From the sequence record DRR378314_2133: 45,449 nt of DNA; one strand, written 5' to 3'. This document shows, in pieces, positions 1-10,130 of the stretch (its first letter is position 1; each line of letters opens with the position of its first letter). The position numbers and the translations under genes were made by a program. A model generated the notes under the pieces. It saw only the letters and a program-made list of their open reading frames with translations. It was not told where the DNA came from and ran no database searches.

Positions 1-19
1 GTTTGGTTGGTTATTTAGG

Positions 20-50
20 AAAAGCCCAGTTTTACGACTGGGCTTTTTTT
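20..50 (+). terminator. Intrinsic terminator of an upstream gene outside the window (possibly bidirectional)
   Basis: AAAAGCCCAGT-tttacg-ACTGGGCTTTT hairpin followed by a T7 tract, with an A-tract on the 5' side. Confidence 0.85.
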
Positions 51-254
51 GTGAGCTAATTTTTGGAACAAATTTTGTTTTAGTAATATCAAATAAAAGA
101 AAAGTAAAATCGTTTTTATTAATTTTACATGAGTAATGAGGTGTTACATAGGCTATTGCAATTTACGGCCTTAGCCATCAAAATCAAGATCGCCTATGTA
201 TTTGATAGGCAGAAAGTACATTAATGCCTACTGTAATTAGATCAATTTAAACAG

Positions 255-1082
255 ATGAAAAAGATTTGTATTGTACTGGTTTTAATATTTGGATTAACTA
301 TCAATTCCCAAGTTCAACAACTGGAAAATGAAGGCGGGTTTCTTATACCTGAAAATACAGAAAATACATCGGCTTTTAAAATAGGGGAATGGCTAAAGTT
401 TAGAATACATTATGGATTTTTAAATGCAAGTTACGCCACACTACAGGTAAAATCCCATGAATTGGACGGTGTTCCGGTCTATCATGTGGTCGGGAATGGT
501 AAAACTACTGGTTTTGCCAGTATATTTTTTAAGGTGGATGACACCTATGAGAGCTTTTTTGATAAAAAGGATGGCAAGCCCTATAAATTTATAAGAAAAA
601 TTGATGAAGGCGGATATACCAAGGATATTGAGGTTAATTTTGACCACAACAAGGATATTGCTGTCTTAAACGATAAAAAAAAGGATAAAAAGTTTAATTT
701 TACCATTCAAGAGGGTATTCAGGATTTGGTTTCGGCCTTTTATTTTCTCCGTAACAACTACAAGGTAGAAGATCTTATAGAAGGTGAGTCTATTGAATTG
801 GATCTCTTGTACGATGATGACGGTGTCTTTAAGTTTAAGCTTAAATACTTGGGCAAGGAGGTCTTAAGAACAAAGTATGGGAAGGTCGAATGTTTAAAGT
901 TTAGGCCTTATGTACAATCCGGACGGGTATTCAAGGAACAGGAAAGTCTGTCGCTTTGGGTATCCAATGACAGTAATAGAATCCCCATAAGAATACAGGC
1001 GGATTTGAGTGTTGGGTCCATAAAGGCGGATTTGGACGGATATAACGGACTCAAACATCAATTTAAAATAATAATGGATTAA
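255..1082 (+). CDS. DUF3108-family exported protein
   Basis: N-terminal signal peptide; GEWLKFRIHYG...FKVDDTYESF...LWVSNDSNRIPIRI pattern typical of Bacteroidota DUF3108 proteins; first of four tightly packed genes. Confidence 0.75.
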   Translation: MKKICIVLVLIFGLTINSQVQQLENEGGFLIPENTENTSAFKIGEWLKFRIHYGFLNASYATLQVKSHELDGVPVYHVVGNGKTTGFASIFFKVDDTYESFFDKKDGKPYKFIRKIDEGGYTKDIEVNFDHNKDIAVLNDKKKDKKFNFTIQEGIQDLVSAFYFLRNNYKVEDLIEGESIELDLLYDDDGVFKFKLKYLGKEVLRTKYGKVECLKFRPYVQSGRVFKEQESLSLWVSNDSNRIPIRIQADLSVGSIKADLDGYNGLKHQFKIIMD

Positions 1083-1083
1083 A

Positions 1084-2043
1084 ATGAATAAAGAGCATAT
1101 TGATTCCCAGATTTCCAAACTAGAAGAAAAATATAAGGATTCTGGACAGGACTTAAGCTCTTATTTGGACGGTCTTTTATACCAGCGATATCTTACTTAT
1201 TGGGATTACATACATTTGGATACCCTGCTCAGCATCCAAGTGCCCAGAACACATTTTCCGGACGAGGAGATTTTTATAATGTACCATCAGATTACCGAAT
1301 TGTACTTTAAACTTATCCTGCATGAGCAAAAGCAAATTGTGGATGATAAGACCCAGGATGTTGACTTTTTTATTGAGAAGGCAAATCGTATCAATAGTTA
1401 CTACAAGGTTTTGATATCTTCCTTTAGTGTTATGATAAAAGGTATGCAGCGGGAACAGTTTATGCAGTACAGAATGGCGCTACTTCCGGCCAGTGGGTTT
1501 CAATCTGCACAATATAGAATGATAGAGCTATATGCTACCTCTATGGAGAATCTAGTGCATTTCTCAGAACGGGATAATTTTTCCTCAAAAAATTCAATTG
1601 AGGAATTGTACGAGCATATTTATTGGAAAAAAGGGGCTACGGATGTGGTTACAGGTGAGAAAACTTTGACCTTAAAGCAATTCGAATATCGTTACACTCC
1701 CAGGTTGATACGTATAGCCAATGAGGTGAACAACAGTACTATATATCATAAATACCAACAATTACCACAGAAAAGTAAGGATAATAAAACCTTGGTTGAA
1801 GCGTTAAAAGCTTTAGACGTTAATGCTAATATAAATTGGCCACTAATGCACATGGGGTCGGCATATCGTTATTTGACCAAGGACAACGCACAAATTGATG
1901 CCACTGGTGGAACAAATTGGAAGGAATATTTGCCTCCAAGTTTCCAGAAAGTTGTATTTTTTCCGGAATTGTATACAAAACAAGAGTTAAATAATTGGGG
2001 AAAACAATGGGTAGACCATATCTTTAACCCAGAAAAAGTATAG
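1084..2043 (+). CDS. kynA: Tryptophan 2,3-dioxygenase family protein
   Basis: TYWDYIHLDTLLSIQ, DEEIFIMYHQITELYFK, ASGFQSAQYR, proximal-His segment WPLMHM and an ATGGT loop (GTGGS-like). Confidence 0.85.
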   Translation: MNKEHIDSQISKLEEKYKDSGQDLSSYLDGLLYQRYLTYWDYIHLDTLLSIQVPRTHFPDEEIFIMYHQITELYFKLILHEQKQIVDDKTQDVDFFIEKANRINSYYKVLISSFSVMIKGMQREQFMQYRMALLPASGFQSAQYRMIELYATSMENLVHFSERDNFSSKNSIEELYEHIYWKKGATDVVTGEKTLTLKQFEYRYTPRLIRIANEVNNSTIYHKYQQLPQKSKDNKTLVEALKALDVNANINWPLMHMGSAYRYLTKDNAQIDATGGTNWKEYLPPSFQKVVFFPELYTKQELNNWGKQWVDHIFNPEKV

Positions 2044-2050
2044 AATAACA

Positions 2051-3319
2051 ATGCAAAAATATTGGGGCCTAATTTTTAGTTTAGTATTAATTTTTTCATG
2101 TAAGGACGACAAACCTGTTAATGAGGAAATAGCAGAGGTGGTAACCATAAAAAAACCAGCTGTTGTAAAAGAGTTTGGGTTTAACCTTGACGATTTTGAG
2201 GTCTTGCGGGATACCGTTAAAAATGGGGACAGCTTCGGTGAGCTAATGCTGAGGAATAGTGTTGAATATCCCAAGATAGCAAGAGTTTCAGAACACTTTC
2301 GGGATACTTTCGATGTCAGGAAAATAGTTGTTGGCAAACCTTATCTTATTTTGAAGTCCAAGGACACACTTAATAATGCACAGGTATTTATATATCAAAA
2401 TGACCCCATAAACTACACGGTGGTCGATTTTAGGGACAGCGTCCTGGCCTATAAGAAAAAGCAAAAGGTAAAATATGTGGAGCGTGAAGCCTCTGGAATT
2501 ATTGAATCCTCTTTGTCCGAAGCAATATTGAAACAGGGTATTGATTACAACGTTACCAACAGTTTATCTGAAATTTACGCATGGACCATAGATTTCTTTA
2601 GACTTCAAAAAGGGGACAGGTTCAAGGTAATCTATAAGGAAAAGTATATTAACGATACTATTTATGCAGGTGCCAGCGGGATAGAGGCTGCTTATTTTGA
2701 GCACAATGGGGAGCCATTTTACGCCTTTAATTTTGTGTCAGATTCTACCAAAAACATCAATGACTATTATGACGATCAGGCCAAAAACCTTAGGCGTACA
2801 TTTTTGCAGTCGCCAGTTCAGTTTAGCAGAATATCATCCAGGTATAATTTAAACAGAAGAATTGCCTATTATGGTTATAAGGTAAGGCCACATAAGGGAA
2901 CGGATTATGCAGCTCCAATTGGAACACCTATCCTGGCCACGGCCAACGGTACCGTTACCGAATCTACTAGAAGAGGTGGCAATGGGAAATATGTCAAAAT
3001 TCAGCACAATGGCACCTACAGTACCCAGTATCTACATATGAGGAAACAGCATGTGAAGAAAGGAGATTTTGTGAAACAGGGCGATGTCATAGGTGAGATC
3101 GGAATGACTGGCAATACCGGTGGCCCGCACGTCTGCTATAGATTCTGGAAAAATGGGCACCAGGTAGATCCGTTGAAGGAAAAATTACCGGCTGCCGAAC
3201 CCATAGCGGATAGCCTAAAAACTGCTTATTTGGATTTTGTAGGGCCTAAGAAAAGTCAATTGGATTGTATTGAATATATAGAATTACCAGAAGAAGATTT
3301 GCTAACACTCAACGACTAA
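2051..3319 (+). CDS. M23-family peptidoglycan DD-metalloendopeptidase (MepM-like), probable lipoprotein
   Basis: Lipobox [19 protein letters not shown] (HxxxD), [26 protein letters not shown]. Confidence 0.9.
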   Translation: MQKYWGLIFSLVLIFSCKDDKPVNEEIAEVVTIKKPAVVKEFGFNLDDFEVLRDTVKNGDSFGELMLRNSVEYPKIARVSEHFRDTFDVRKIVVGKPYLILKSKDTLNNAQVFIYQNDPINYTVVDFRDSVLAYKKKQKVKYVEREASGIIESSLSEAILKQGIDYNVTNSLSEIYAWTIDFFRLQKGDRFKVIYKEKYINDTIYAGASGIEAAYFEHNGEPFYAFNFVSDSTKNINDYYDDQAKNLRRTFLQSPVQFSRISSRYNLNRRIAYYGYKVRPHKGTDYAAPIGTPILATANGTVTESTRRGGNGKYVKIQHNGTYSTQYLHMRKQHVKKGDFVKQGDVIGEIGMTGNTGGPHVCYRFWKNGHQVDPLKEKLPAAEPIADSLKTAYLDFVGPKKSQLDCIEYIELPEEDLLTLND

Positions 3320-3320
3320 A

Positions 3321-4958
3321 ATGGCTTTACAGAATACCGACCCGACCAAAACAGAAGCTTGGAAAAAACTTTCACAACATTATAAAGAGAATACCGATCT
3401 TTCTTTAAAGCATTTGTTTGCCAAGGATTCTGATAGGGCTAAGAAACACAGCATTCACTGGAACGAATTTTTCGTAGACTTTTCAAAGAATAGGATTACT
3501 GAAGAAACCCTCCAACTACTTTTGCAATTGGCAAATGAAGTTGGATTGAAGGACGCTATCCAGAAACAGTTTGAAGGCGGTATTATAAACCAAACGGAAG
3601 GAAGGGCGGTTCTTCATACGGCCTTGAGGGCAAAAAAATCGGATGTCATCAAAGTAGATGGGATTAACATTGTCCCGGAAGTTTACGAGGTGAAACAAAA
3701 GATAAAATCTTTTACGGAGTCGGTAATTTCAGGATCTAAAAAGGGATATACCGGAAAAGCCTTTACCGATGTGGTCAATATTGGTATTGGCGGATCGGAT
3801 TTGGGTCCTGCCATGGTAGTGGAAGCCCTAAAATTTTACGGCAACCATTTAAAAATGCATTTTGTTAGCAATGTGGATGGTGATCATGTTTACGAAACCC
3901 TAAAGGGACTAAATCCTGAGACAACATTGTTCGTTGTGGTTTCCAAGACTTTCACTACCCAAGAAACCCTAAGCAATGCCACAACGATAAAAAAATGGTT
4001 TCTAAAACATGCTACTCAGGCAGATGTAGCCAAGCATTTTGCCGCGGTCTCAACCAATGCTGAGAAGATTTCGGAATTTGGGATTGACGCAGATAATGTG
4101 TTCCCTATGTGGGACTGGGTTGGCGGAAGGTTTTCACTCTGGAGTGCTGTGGGATTATCTATTGGCCTGGCCGTGGGATACGAAAATTTTGATGCCATGT
4201 TGGTTGGAGCCAATGAAATGGATCAGCATTTTGCAACTGCCGATTTTGAAGGGAACATACCGGTTATCCTTGCGCTCATAAGCGTTTGGTATAATAATTT
4301 TTACGGGGCTGAGACAGAAGCCATTATTCCCTATACCCAATATTTAAGTAGGTTTTCGGCCTATTTACAGCAAGGGATCATGGAGAGCAATGGGAAAAGT
4401 GTGGACAGAAACGGAAATAGGGTAACTTATGAGACCGGAACCATTATATGGGGAGAGCCTGGTACCAATTCCCAGCACGCCTTTTTTCAATTGATCCATC
4501 AAGGGACTAAATTAATTCCTACCGATTTCATTGGATTCAAGGAATCCCTGCACGGAGACAAAGACCACCATAATAAATTAATGGCCAACTTCTTTGCCCA
4601 AACCGAGGCACTAATGAATGGCAAGACTGCTGAAGAGGTCAGAAAGGAATTGGAGGATAAAAAGGTTTCGGAAAAAGAGATTTCGGAAATCCTGCCATTT
4701 AAAGTTTTTGAAGGAAACAAACCTACCAATACCTTATTAATAGATAAGCTAACCCCCAAGAGTTTGGGGTCCCTAATTGCCATGTACGAACATAAAATAT
4801 TTGTTCAGGGCATTGTTTGGAACATATTTAGTTACGATCAGTGGGGTGTAGAATTGGGCAAGCAATTGGCTACTGCCATATTGAACGATATTGAGGGGTC
4901 CACAATTGCGAATCATGACGCTTCTACGTTAAATCTTTTAAATTTATTTAAGAAATAA
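3321..4958 (+). CDS. pgi: Glucose-6-phosphate isomerase
   Basis: [50 protein letters not shown]; 545 aa. Confidence 0.98.
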   Translation: MALQNTDPTKTEAWKKLSQHYKENTDLSLKHLFAKDSDRAKKHSIHWNEFFVDFSKNRITEETLQLLLQLANEVGLKDAIQKQFEGGIINQTEGRAVLHTALRAKKSDVIKVDGINIVPEVYEVKQKIKSFTESVISGSKKGYTGKAFTDVVNIGIGGSDLGPAMVVEALKFYGNHLKMHFVSNVDGDHVYETLKGLNPETTLFVVVSKTFTTQETLSNATTIKKWFLKHATQADVAKHFAAVSTNAEKISEFGIDADNVFPMWDWVGGRFSLWSAVGLSIGLAVGYENFDAMLVGANEMDQHFATADFEGNIPVILALISVWYNNFYGAETEAIIPYTQYLSRFSAYLQQGIMESNGKSVDRNGNRVTYETGTIIWGEPGTNSQHAFFQLIHQGTKLIPTDFIGFKESLHGDKDHHNKLMANFFAQTEALMNGKTAEEVRKELEDKKVSEKEISEILPFKVFEGNKPTNTLLIDKLTPKSLGSLIAMYEHKIFVQGIVWNIFSYDQWGVELGKQLATAILNDIEGSTIANHDASTLNLLNLFKK

Positions 4959-5023
4959 TTGGCAATTTTGCCAATTCCTAATAAACGGTATTAACTTACT
5001 GTCTTTCAGGAGTTATTAAGGTT

Positions 5024-5061
5024 TTTAATGTTAAATTTGCACCTACTAATTTAACATTAAA
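5024..5061. promoter_or_regulatory. Perfect 14-10-14 inverted repeat overlapping a TAAATTTG (-7-type) box upstream of a TBDR
   Basis: TTTAATGTTAAATT (5024-5037) is the exact reverse complement of AATTTAACATTAAA (5048-5061); TAAATTTG at 5032-5039. Confidence 0.55.
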
Positions 5062-5130
5062 GTAATGTATTGTTGTAAAAATTTACTCACTTTTGCAGCC
5101 ATTATTTAAAACTAATTAACTCTTAGAAAA

Positions 5131-7701
5131 ATGAAAAAAATGTACTTTGCTATTGCCGCATTTTTGTTAACGGCAATAGGATTTTCCCAAGGAACCATTA
5201 CTGGTTCTGTAGTAGATGGTGATTTTGGTGATCCCTTACCCGGAGCGAATATTATGGTTCAGGGAACCACCACTGGGGTTGCCGCAGACTTTGATGGTAA
5301 TTTTACCATTGAGGTATCCCAGAGTTCTGGAACTTTGGTAATTTCCTATATCGGATTTATAAGTAAGAAAGTAAATTTCACAACAGTCGGCAACATCGGT
5401 ACCATATCCCTAAATCCGGACGCACAGGAATTGGAAGGAGTGGTTATTGTGGGCTCTGGAATTATTGATTTGGCCGAGGACAGACAAACGCCCATAGCAG
5501 TGTCTACCATAAAGGCAAGGGAAATTAGGGAGAAAACAGGAAACTGGGATTTACCTGAGTTATTAAAGTCTACGCCTTCAGTTCAGAACGTTAAGGGAGG
5601 TGGTTTTGGAGATGGTCAAATGTTCTTAAGGGGGTTTGATCAGACCAATACGGCATTCCTGTTAAACGGACAGCCTATCAACGGGATGGAAGATGGAAAA
5701 ATGTACTGGTCCAACTGGTCCGGAGTATTGGATATTGCCAATGCCGTACAGGTACAGAGGGGATTGGGATCTTCTAAATTGGCCATTTCATCTGTTGGAG
5801 GTACGGTAAACATTGTGACCAAAACCTTGGACAAACGCGAAGGAGGTTTTTTTCAATCTATGATTGCCAATGATAATTATATTAAGACCACAGGATATTA
5901 TTCAACCGGGATAATGGAAAATGGCTTGTCTGTTGCTGCAATGTTGGGCCATTGGCAAGGAGATGGTTATGTGAATAATACAGGAGGTCAAGGTCAGACT
6001 TATTTCTTGTCCTTTGGTTATGTTCCCAATGAAAATAACATCTTCAACTTTTTGATAACAGGTGCTCCACAATGGCATGCAGCCGCTGGATCCGACAATC
6101 TTAGGACTTTTTTGGATAATGGAAGAAAATACAATTCTTGGAATACTCCAGATGTCAACAGTCCTAACACCTTAAATGGGGGCGCTTACCCAGGTGGTAG
6201 AAATATTTACCACAAACCGGTAGCCAACCTAAGCTGGGACTTAACTTTTAACGATACTGCCTCTTTGTCTACCGTATTGTATGGTTCAATAGGAAGGGGG
6301 AGTTTTGCCCAATTAATTACAGATAGAAATACAGGGGAAGCACTATATGCCAGAGGTTCCAACAACAACCATAACTGGGGAGGTTTGGTAACCAACTTCA
6401 ATAAGCAAATCAATGAAAACCTTAATTTCAACATTGGGGCGGATGTTCGTTTGTACAACGGAATCCACTTTAGGGATGTAAGGGAATTTATCGGGGTTAA
6501 TTCGGTATCAGCTTCCAGCAATTACAACGGAGGTGCCTACGAACTTACCAATGCCTATGGAGGTATTAATCCTTGGAATATAACCTTTAACCCCAATGAT
6601 GACCACTCTCAAAGATTTGGTTATGATTATGAGGAAAGGATAAACTACGCAGGTGTTTTTGGACAATTGGAGTATTCCAAAGGTGCTTTTTCTACCTTCT
6701 TTCAAGGGTCCGCCTCTACACAATCCCATATCAGGGAGGAATTTTTGAATGCAGCCAATGAAGGGCAATCCGAAGAATCGGAAAAAGTAAACAACCCAGG
6801 ATTTAACGTTAAGGCAGGTGTGGCCTATAACCTATCCGAGCAAAACGCAATATTTGCCAATGCTGGTTACTACTCGCGTCAGCCCTATCACAGTGATCTT
6901 TATATAGACGATAGAAATTCAAATGAATTGAATCCTTTGGCAACCGAAAATCAGAAGATTACAGGATTGGAAGGTGGATATAAGTTTATGGGCGATATTT
7001 TATCTGCCAACCTGAACGTGTATTACACTATTTGGGACAATAGGATACAATATAGTTCCGATGACACCAATAATGATAATATCGTGGACGAGTTCACTCA
7101 GACAAGTCCTTTAAAGCAGGTACATTCCGGTGTAGAATTGGAAGTGTTTGCACGCCCTGCGGACGGGTTGAATTTTCAGGGATTTGTGTCCATTGGAAAT
7201 TGGGAGTATGACGGGAATGTTACCACCACCACCTCTGATGAAAACGGAAATATAATTTCAACGGGAGACCCTAGTTATATAGATGGTGTAAAAATAGGTC
7301 AGGCTGCACAGTTTACTGCAGGAATTAGTGGAGACTACGAAATATTGCCAAGACTTAAATTGGATGCCAACTGGAATCTTTATGACAATTTATACGGTTC
7401 TACACTTTTTGGGGATTCCGAATTTTCAACTGCCAACAACAGAGGTGCTATTAAATTGCCATCTTATGACACTATGGATGCCGGACTCTCTTACCGCATG
7501 TTGGTTGGAAAGGACAACAACAAATCCATTCAGTTCCGTTTAAACATTAACAATGTCTTTGATGAGGTATATTTGGAAAGTTCAAGTGATAACACACATG
7601 TTGAACCGGGAGATGATGTTTGGAACGGTGTAAATACCGATAACAGAGTTAGGTTTGGTTATGGTAGGACTTGGAACTTTAATTTGCGCTATAACTTCTA
7701 A
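5131..7701 (+). CDS. TonB-dependent receptor (non-SusC type)
   Basis: Signal peptide; CarboxypepD_reg-like N-domain (DPLPGANIMVQGT..DFDGNF..SYIGF); plug (LRGFDQ..LNGQPIN..VQRGLG..GGTVNIVT); C-terminal beta-strand ending RYNF. Confidence 0.93.
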   Translation: MKKMYFAIAAFLLTAIGFSQGTITGSVVDGDFGDPLPGANIMVQGTTTGVAADFDGNFTIEVSQSSGTLVISYIGFISKKVNFTTVGNIGTISLNPDAQELEGVVIVGSGIIDLAEDRQTPIAVSTIKAREIREKTGNWDLPELLKSTPSVQNVKGGGFGDGQMFLRGFDQTNTAFLLNGQPINGMEDGKMYWSNWSGVLDIANAVQVQRGLGSSKLAISSVGGTVNIVTKTLDKREGGFFQSMIANDNYIKTTGYYSTGIMENGLSVAAMLGHWQGDGYVNNTGGQGQTYFLSFGYVPNENNIFNFLITGAPQWHAAAGSDNLRTFLDNGRKYNSWNTPDVNSPNTLNGGAYPGGRNIYHKPVANLSWDLTFNDTASLSTVLYGSIGRGSFAQLITDRNTGEALYARGSNNNHNWGGLVTNFNKQINENLNFNIGADVRLYNGIHFRDVREFIGVNSVSASSNYNGGAYELTNAYGGINPWNITFNPNDDHSQRFGYDYEERINYAGVFGQLEYSKGAFSTFFQGSASTQSHIREEFLNAANEGQSEESEKVNNPGFNVKAGVAYNLSEQNAIFANAGYYSRQPYHSDLYIDDRNSNELNPLATENQKITGLEGGYKFMGDILSANLNVYYTIWDNRIQYSSDDTNNDNIVDEFTQTSPLKQVHSGVELEVFARPADGLNFQGFVSIGNWEYDGNVTTTTSDENGNIISTGDPSYIDGVKIGQAAQFTAGISGDYEILPRLKLDANWNLYDNLYGSTLFGDSEFSTANNRGAIKLPSYDTMDAGLSYRMLVGKDNNKSIQFRLNINNVFDEVYLESSSDNTHVEPGDDVWNGVNTDNRVRFGYGRTWNFNLRYNF

Positions 7702-7726
7702 GTATCAATAAAAGCAAAAAATGACG

Positions 7727-7752
7727 ACCCCGCTATTAAGCGGGGTTTTTTT
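7727..7752 (+). terminator. Intrinsic terminator of the TBDR
   Basis: ACCCCGCT-atta-AGCGGGGT hairpin followed by a T-tract, 25 nt after the stop. Confidence 0.9.
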
Positions 7753-7793
7753 ATTCCCAAAAATCCTTACATTTATAAATTAAAATAAAAACT

Positions 7794-8252
7794 ATGGAAG
7801 ATTACGGATTAGCACATCAATGGATACTCGCCTTACATTCTTATTTTGCCTATGTGGTATTGGCTGTTTTATTTTTAGCCGTGGCCAATGGTATTTTGGG
7901 CTGGACAGGAAATAAGGATTTCACACTGAGAAAGGATTTTAGAATTAGCCTATTTGCGCTGATTTTATCACATCTGCAACTCTTGGTGGGCCTGGTACTC
8001 TATTTTGTGTCTTCCAATGGGTTGAATGCCATTAAAACATTGGGCATGGGCGGGTTAAACTCTGCATCCCGTTTATTGGCCGTAGAACATCCATTTATCA
8101 ACATAATTGCAGTTGTCTTTATTACGGTTGGCTGGTCCAAACACAAGAAAGTTTTGGAAGGCAAAAGAAAGTTTAAGACCATTACCATTTTTTATGGTTT
8201 GGGGTTGATCCTCATCCTTAGCAGAATTCCCTGGGCACAATGGCTCAATTGA
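7794..8252 (+). CDS. Small integral membrane protein (about 4 TM helices) with intramembrane histidines
   Basis: Four hydrophobic stretches; LHSYF, SHLQL and EHPF motifs; C-terminal RIPW. Confidence 0.75.
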   Translation: MEDYGLAHQWILALHSYFAYVVLAVLFLAVANGILGWTGNKDFTLRKDFRISLFALILSHLQLLVGLVLYFVSSNGLNAIKTLGMGGLNSASRLLAVEHPFINIIAVVFITVGWSKHKKVLEGKRKFKTITIFYGLGLILILSRIPWAQWLN

Positions 8253-8358
8253 TCAATTGTCCTTGGGGGTATTAAGGTTCTTTGGACAAATGACGGACTA
8301 TTGGCCGTTGTAGCAATCCTAACAAATTAAAAATCTCAATAAATCATAAACCTAATTT

Positions 8359-8961
8359 ATGTACCACATGAAAAATTTAGTAGTAGTTGTTCTGGCCCTC
8401 ATGGCCATTCCTGCCATCTCTCAGGAAATGTCGCTGTTTAATGGCAAAGATTTATCGGGCTGGACGATCTATGGTACCGAAAAATGGTACGTGGAAGATG
8501 GACTTCTTGTTTCCGAGAGTGGACCGGACAAACAATATGGTTATTTGGCCACGGATAAATATTACGATGATTTTGAACTTACCTTGGAGTTTAAGCAGGA
8601 AGCAAATGGGAACAGTGGCGTGTTCGTAAGGTCTACTGTGGACGGCACCAAAGTTAGTGGTTGGCAGGTAGAAGTTGCACCCCCGGGCCATGATACAGGT
8701 GGTGTCTATGAATCCTATGGCAGGGGATGGCTAATTAAACCCGATCCCGAAAAGGATAAGGTACTCAAGGAAGGGGAGTGGAATACGATGAAAATAAAGC
8801 TCTCTGGCAATAAATTAACTTCATGGCTCAATGGTACGGAAATGGTAAGCATTACCGATGATAAAATTGGTGCAGGTAAAGGTTCTATTGCCCTTCAGAT
8901 CCATGACGGCGGCGGAATAAAGGTAAAGTGGAGAAATATCAATATTGTGCTTCCGCAATAA
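8359..8961 (+). CDS. DUF1080 / 3-keto-disaccharide hydrolase-like exported protein (start may be 8368)
   Basis: Signal peptide; SLFNGKDLSGW, DFELTLEFK, NSGVF, GEWNTMKI, GSIALQIH, KWRNI motifs. Confidence 0.88.
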   Translation: MYHMKNLVVVVLALMAIPAISQEMSLFNGKDLSGWTIYGTEKWYVEDGLLVSESGPDKQYGYLATDKYYDDFELTLEFKQEANGNSGVFVRSTVDGTKVSGWQVEVAPPGHDTGGVYESYGRGWLIKPDPEKDKVLKEGEWNTMKIKLSGNKLTSWLNGTEMVSITDDKIGAGKGSIALQIHDGGGIKVKWRNINIVLPQ

Positions 8962-8965
8962 TTAT

Positions 8966-10009
8966 CTAGTCTACAGCCTTTATTAGGTGGATATATACTG
9001 GAAAATGGTCACTGTAACCACCAATATAGTTTCCTCCTGCATAGGTACGTAATGGATATCCCTTGTATTGGCCCTTTTTGTCGATTAGGTAAGACGGACT
9101 ATAAACCCCTGCTTTCCAAAAGCGGTATTGGTCCGGTAATTCTTGAACAATATTGGCAGTGAAATAAATTTGATCAAATAGGTTCCATCGGTCCCTATAG
9201 GCCAAGGAGCCTATTCCTTTTTTATAGAGTATTTCCATAGGATTATAAAGATCGCTATTTTCTAAGTCTGCGACCTTTCCCTTGGTTTTCAATATTTTTT
9301 TTAAACTGTCATCTATTGGGTCGTCGTTAAGATCGCCCATGCTAATGATTTTTGCTTTTGGACTCAACTCTGAAATGGAATCTATAATCCTCTTATTTAG
9401 TCGGGCAGCCTCTATTCTATTGGGCTTGCTCCTAGCTTCCCCTCCGCTTCTTGAAGGCCAGTGATTTACAATGAAATGCATTTCCTCCCCGTCCAAAAGG
9501 CCACTTACTACCAATTGATCCCTAGTGTAATCCCTATAGTCGTTTTCATTGGTGAGCAATAATCGGAGACTGACAAATGAAGTGGGCAAAAAGGCTTCTT
9601 TTTTATATAAAAGGGCCACATCTATGCCTCGCTCATCTGGGGAATCGTAATGAATTATTCCATAATCCTTTTCCCTAAGATGGGGATGGTTTATCAGGTC
9701 CTCCACTACCTGTCTATTTTCCAATTCACATAGCCCAATAATATCTGGGGAAGTTTGGGTGTCGGGATTCCCTATTTCCGACAATACCTTGGACATATTG
9801 TAAATTTTATGGTTATAGCGTTCAATGGTCCAATTATCCTTTCCATCCGGAGTGCGGTCGTCGTCAAAGGTCAATGAGTCGTTAACGGTATCAAATAAGT
9901 TCTCCAAATTGTAAAAGGCCACAGTTCTAATCTTATACGTCTTAGCCTCCTGTGCCAGGACACCGCTAAATGTAAAAAAGGTCACAAATAAGGTGTAAGT
10001 AATACTCAT
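8966..10009 (-). CDS. Secreted endonuclease/exonuclease/phosphatase (EEP) family nuclease
   Basis: Signal peptide; FYNLENLFD, GLCELEN, NHWPSR, MGDLND, LFDQI and GYSDHFPV catalytic motifs. Confidence 0.9.
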   Translation of the reverse strand: MSITYTLFVTFFTFSGVLAQEAKTYKIRTVAFYNLENLFDTVNDSLTFDDDRTPDGKDNWTIERYNHKIYNMSKVLSEIGNPDTQTSPDIIGLCELENRQVVEDLINHPHLREKDYGIIHYDSPDERGIDVALLYKKEAFLPTSFVSLRLLLTNENDYRDYTRDQLVVSGLLDGEEMHFIVNHWPSRSGGEARSKPNRIEAARLNKRIIDSISELSPKAKIISMGDLNDDPIDDSLKKILKTKGKVADLENSDLYNPMEILYKKGIGSLAYRDRWNLFDQIYFTANIVQELPDQYRFWKAGVYSPSYLIDKKGQYKGYPLRTYAGGNYIGGYSDHFPVYIHLIKAVD

Positions 10010-10130
10010 GGATTACATTATTTCTTGAATACTGTAAGCAATACATTAACTTTTCTTGAAATAAAATAAGAATATACTGTTAATTATTAATATCTTATAA
10101 CCAAATTGTTAAAATATTTCATCGTCAGGA

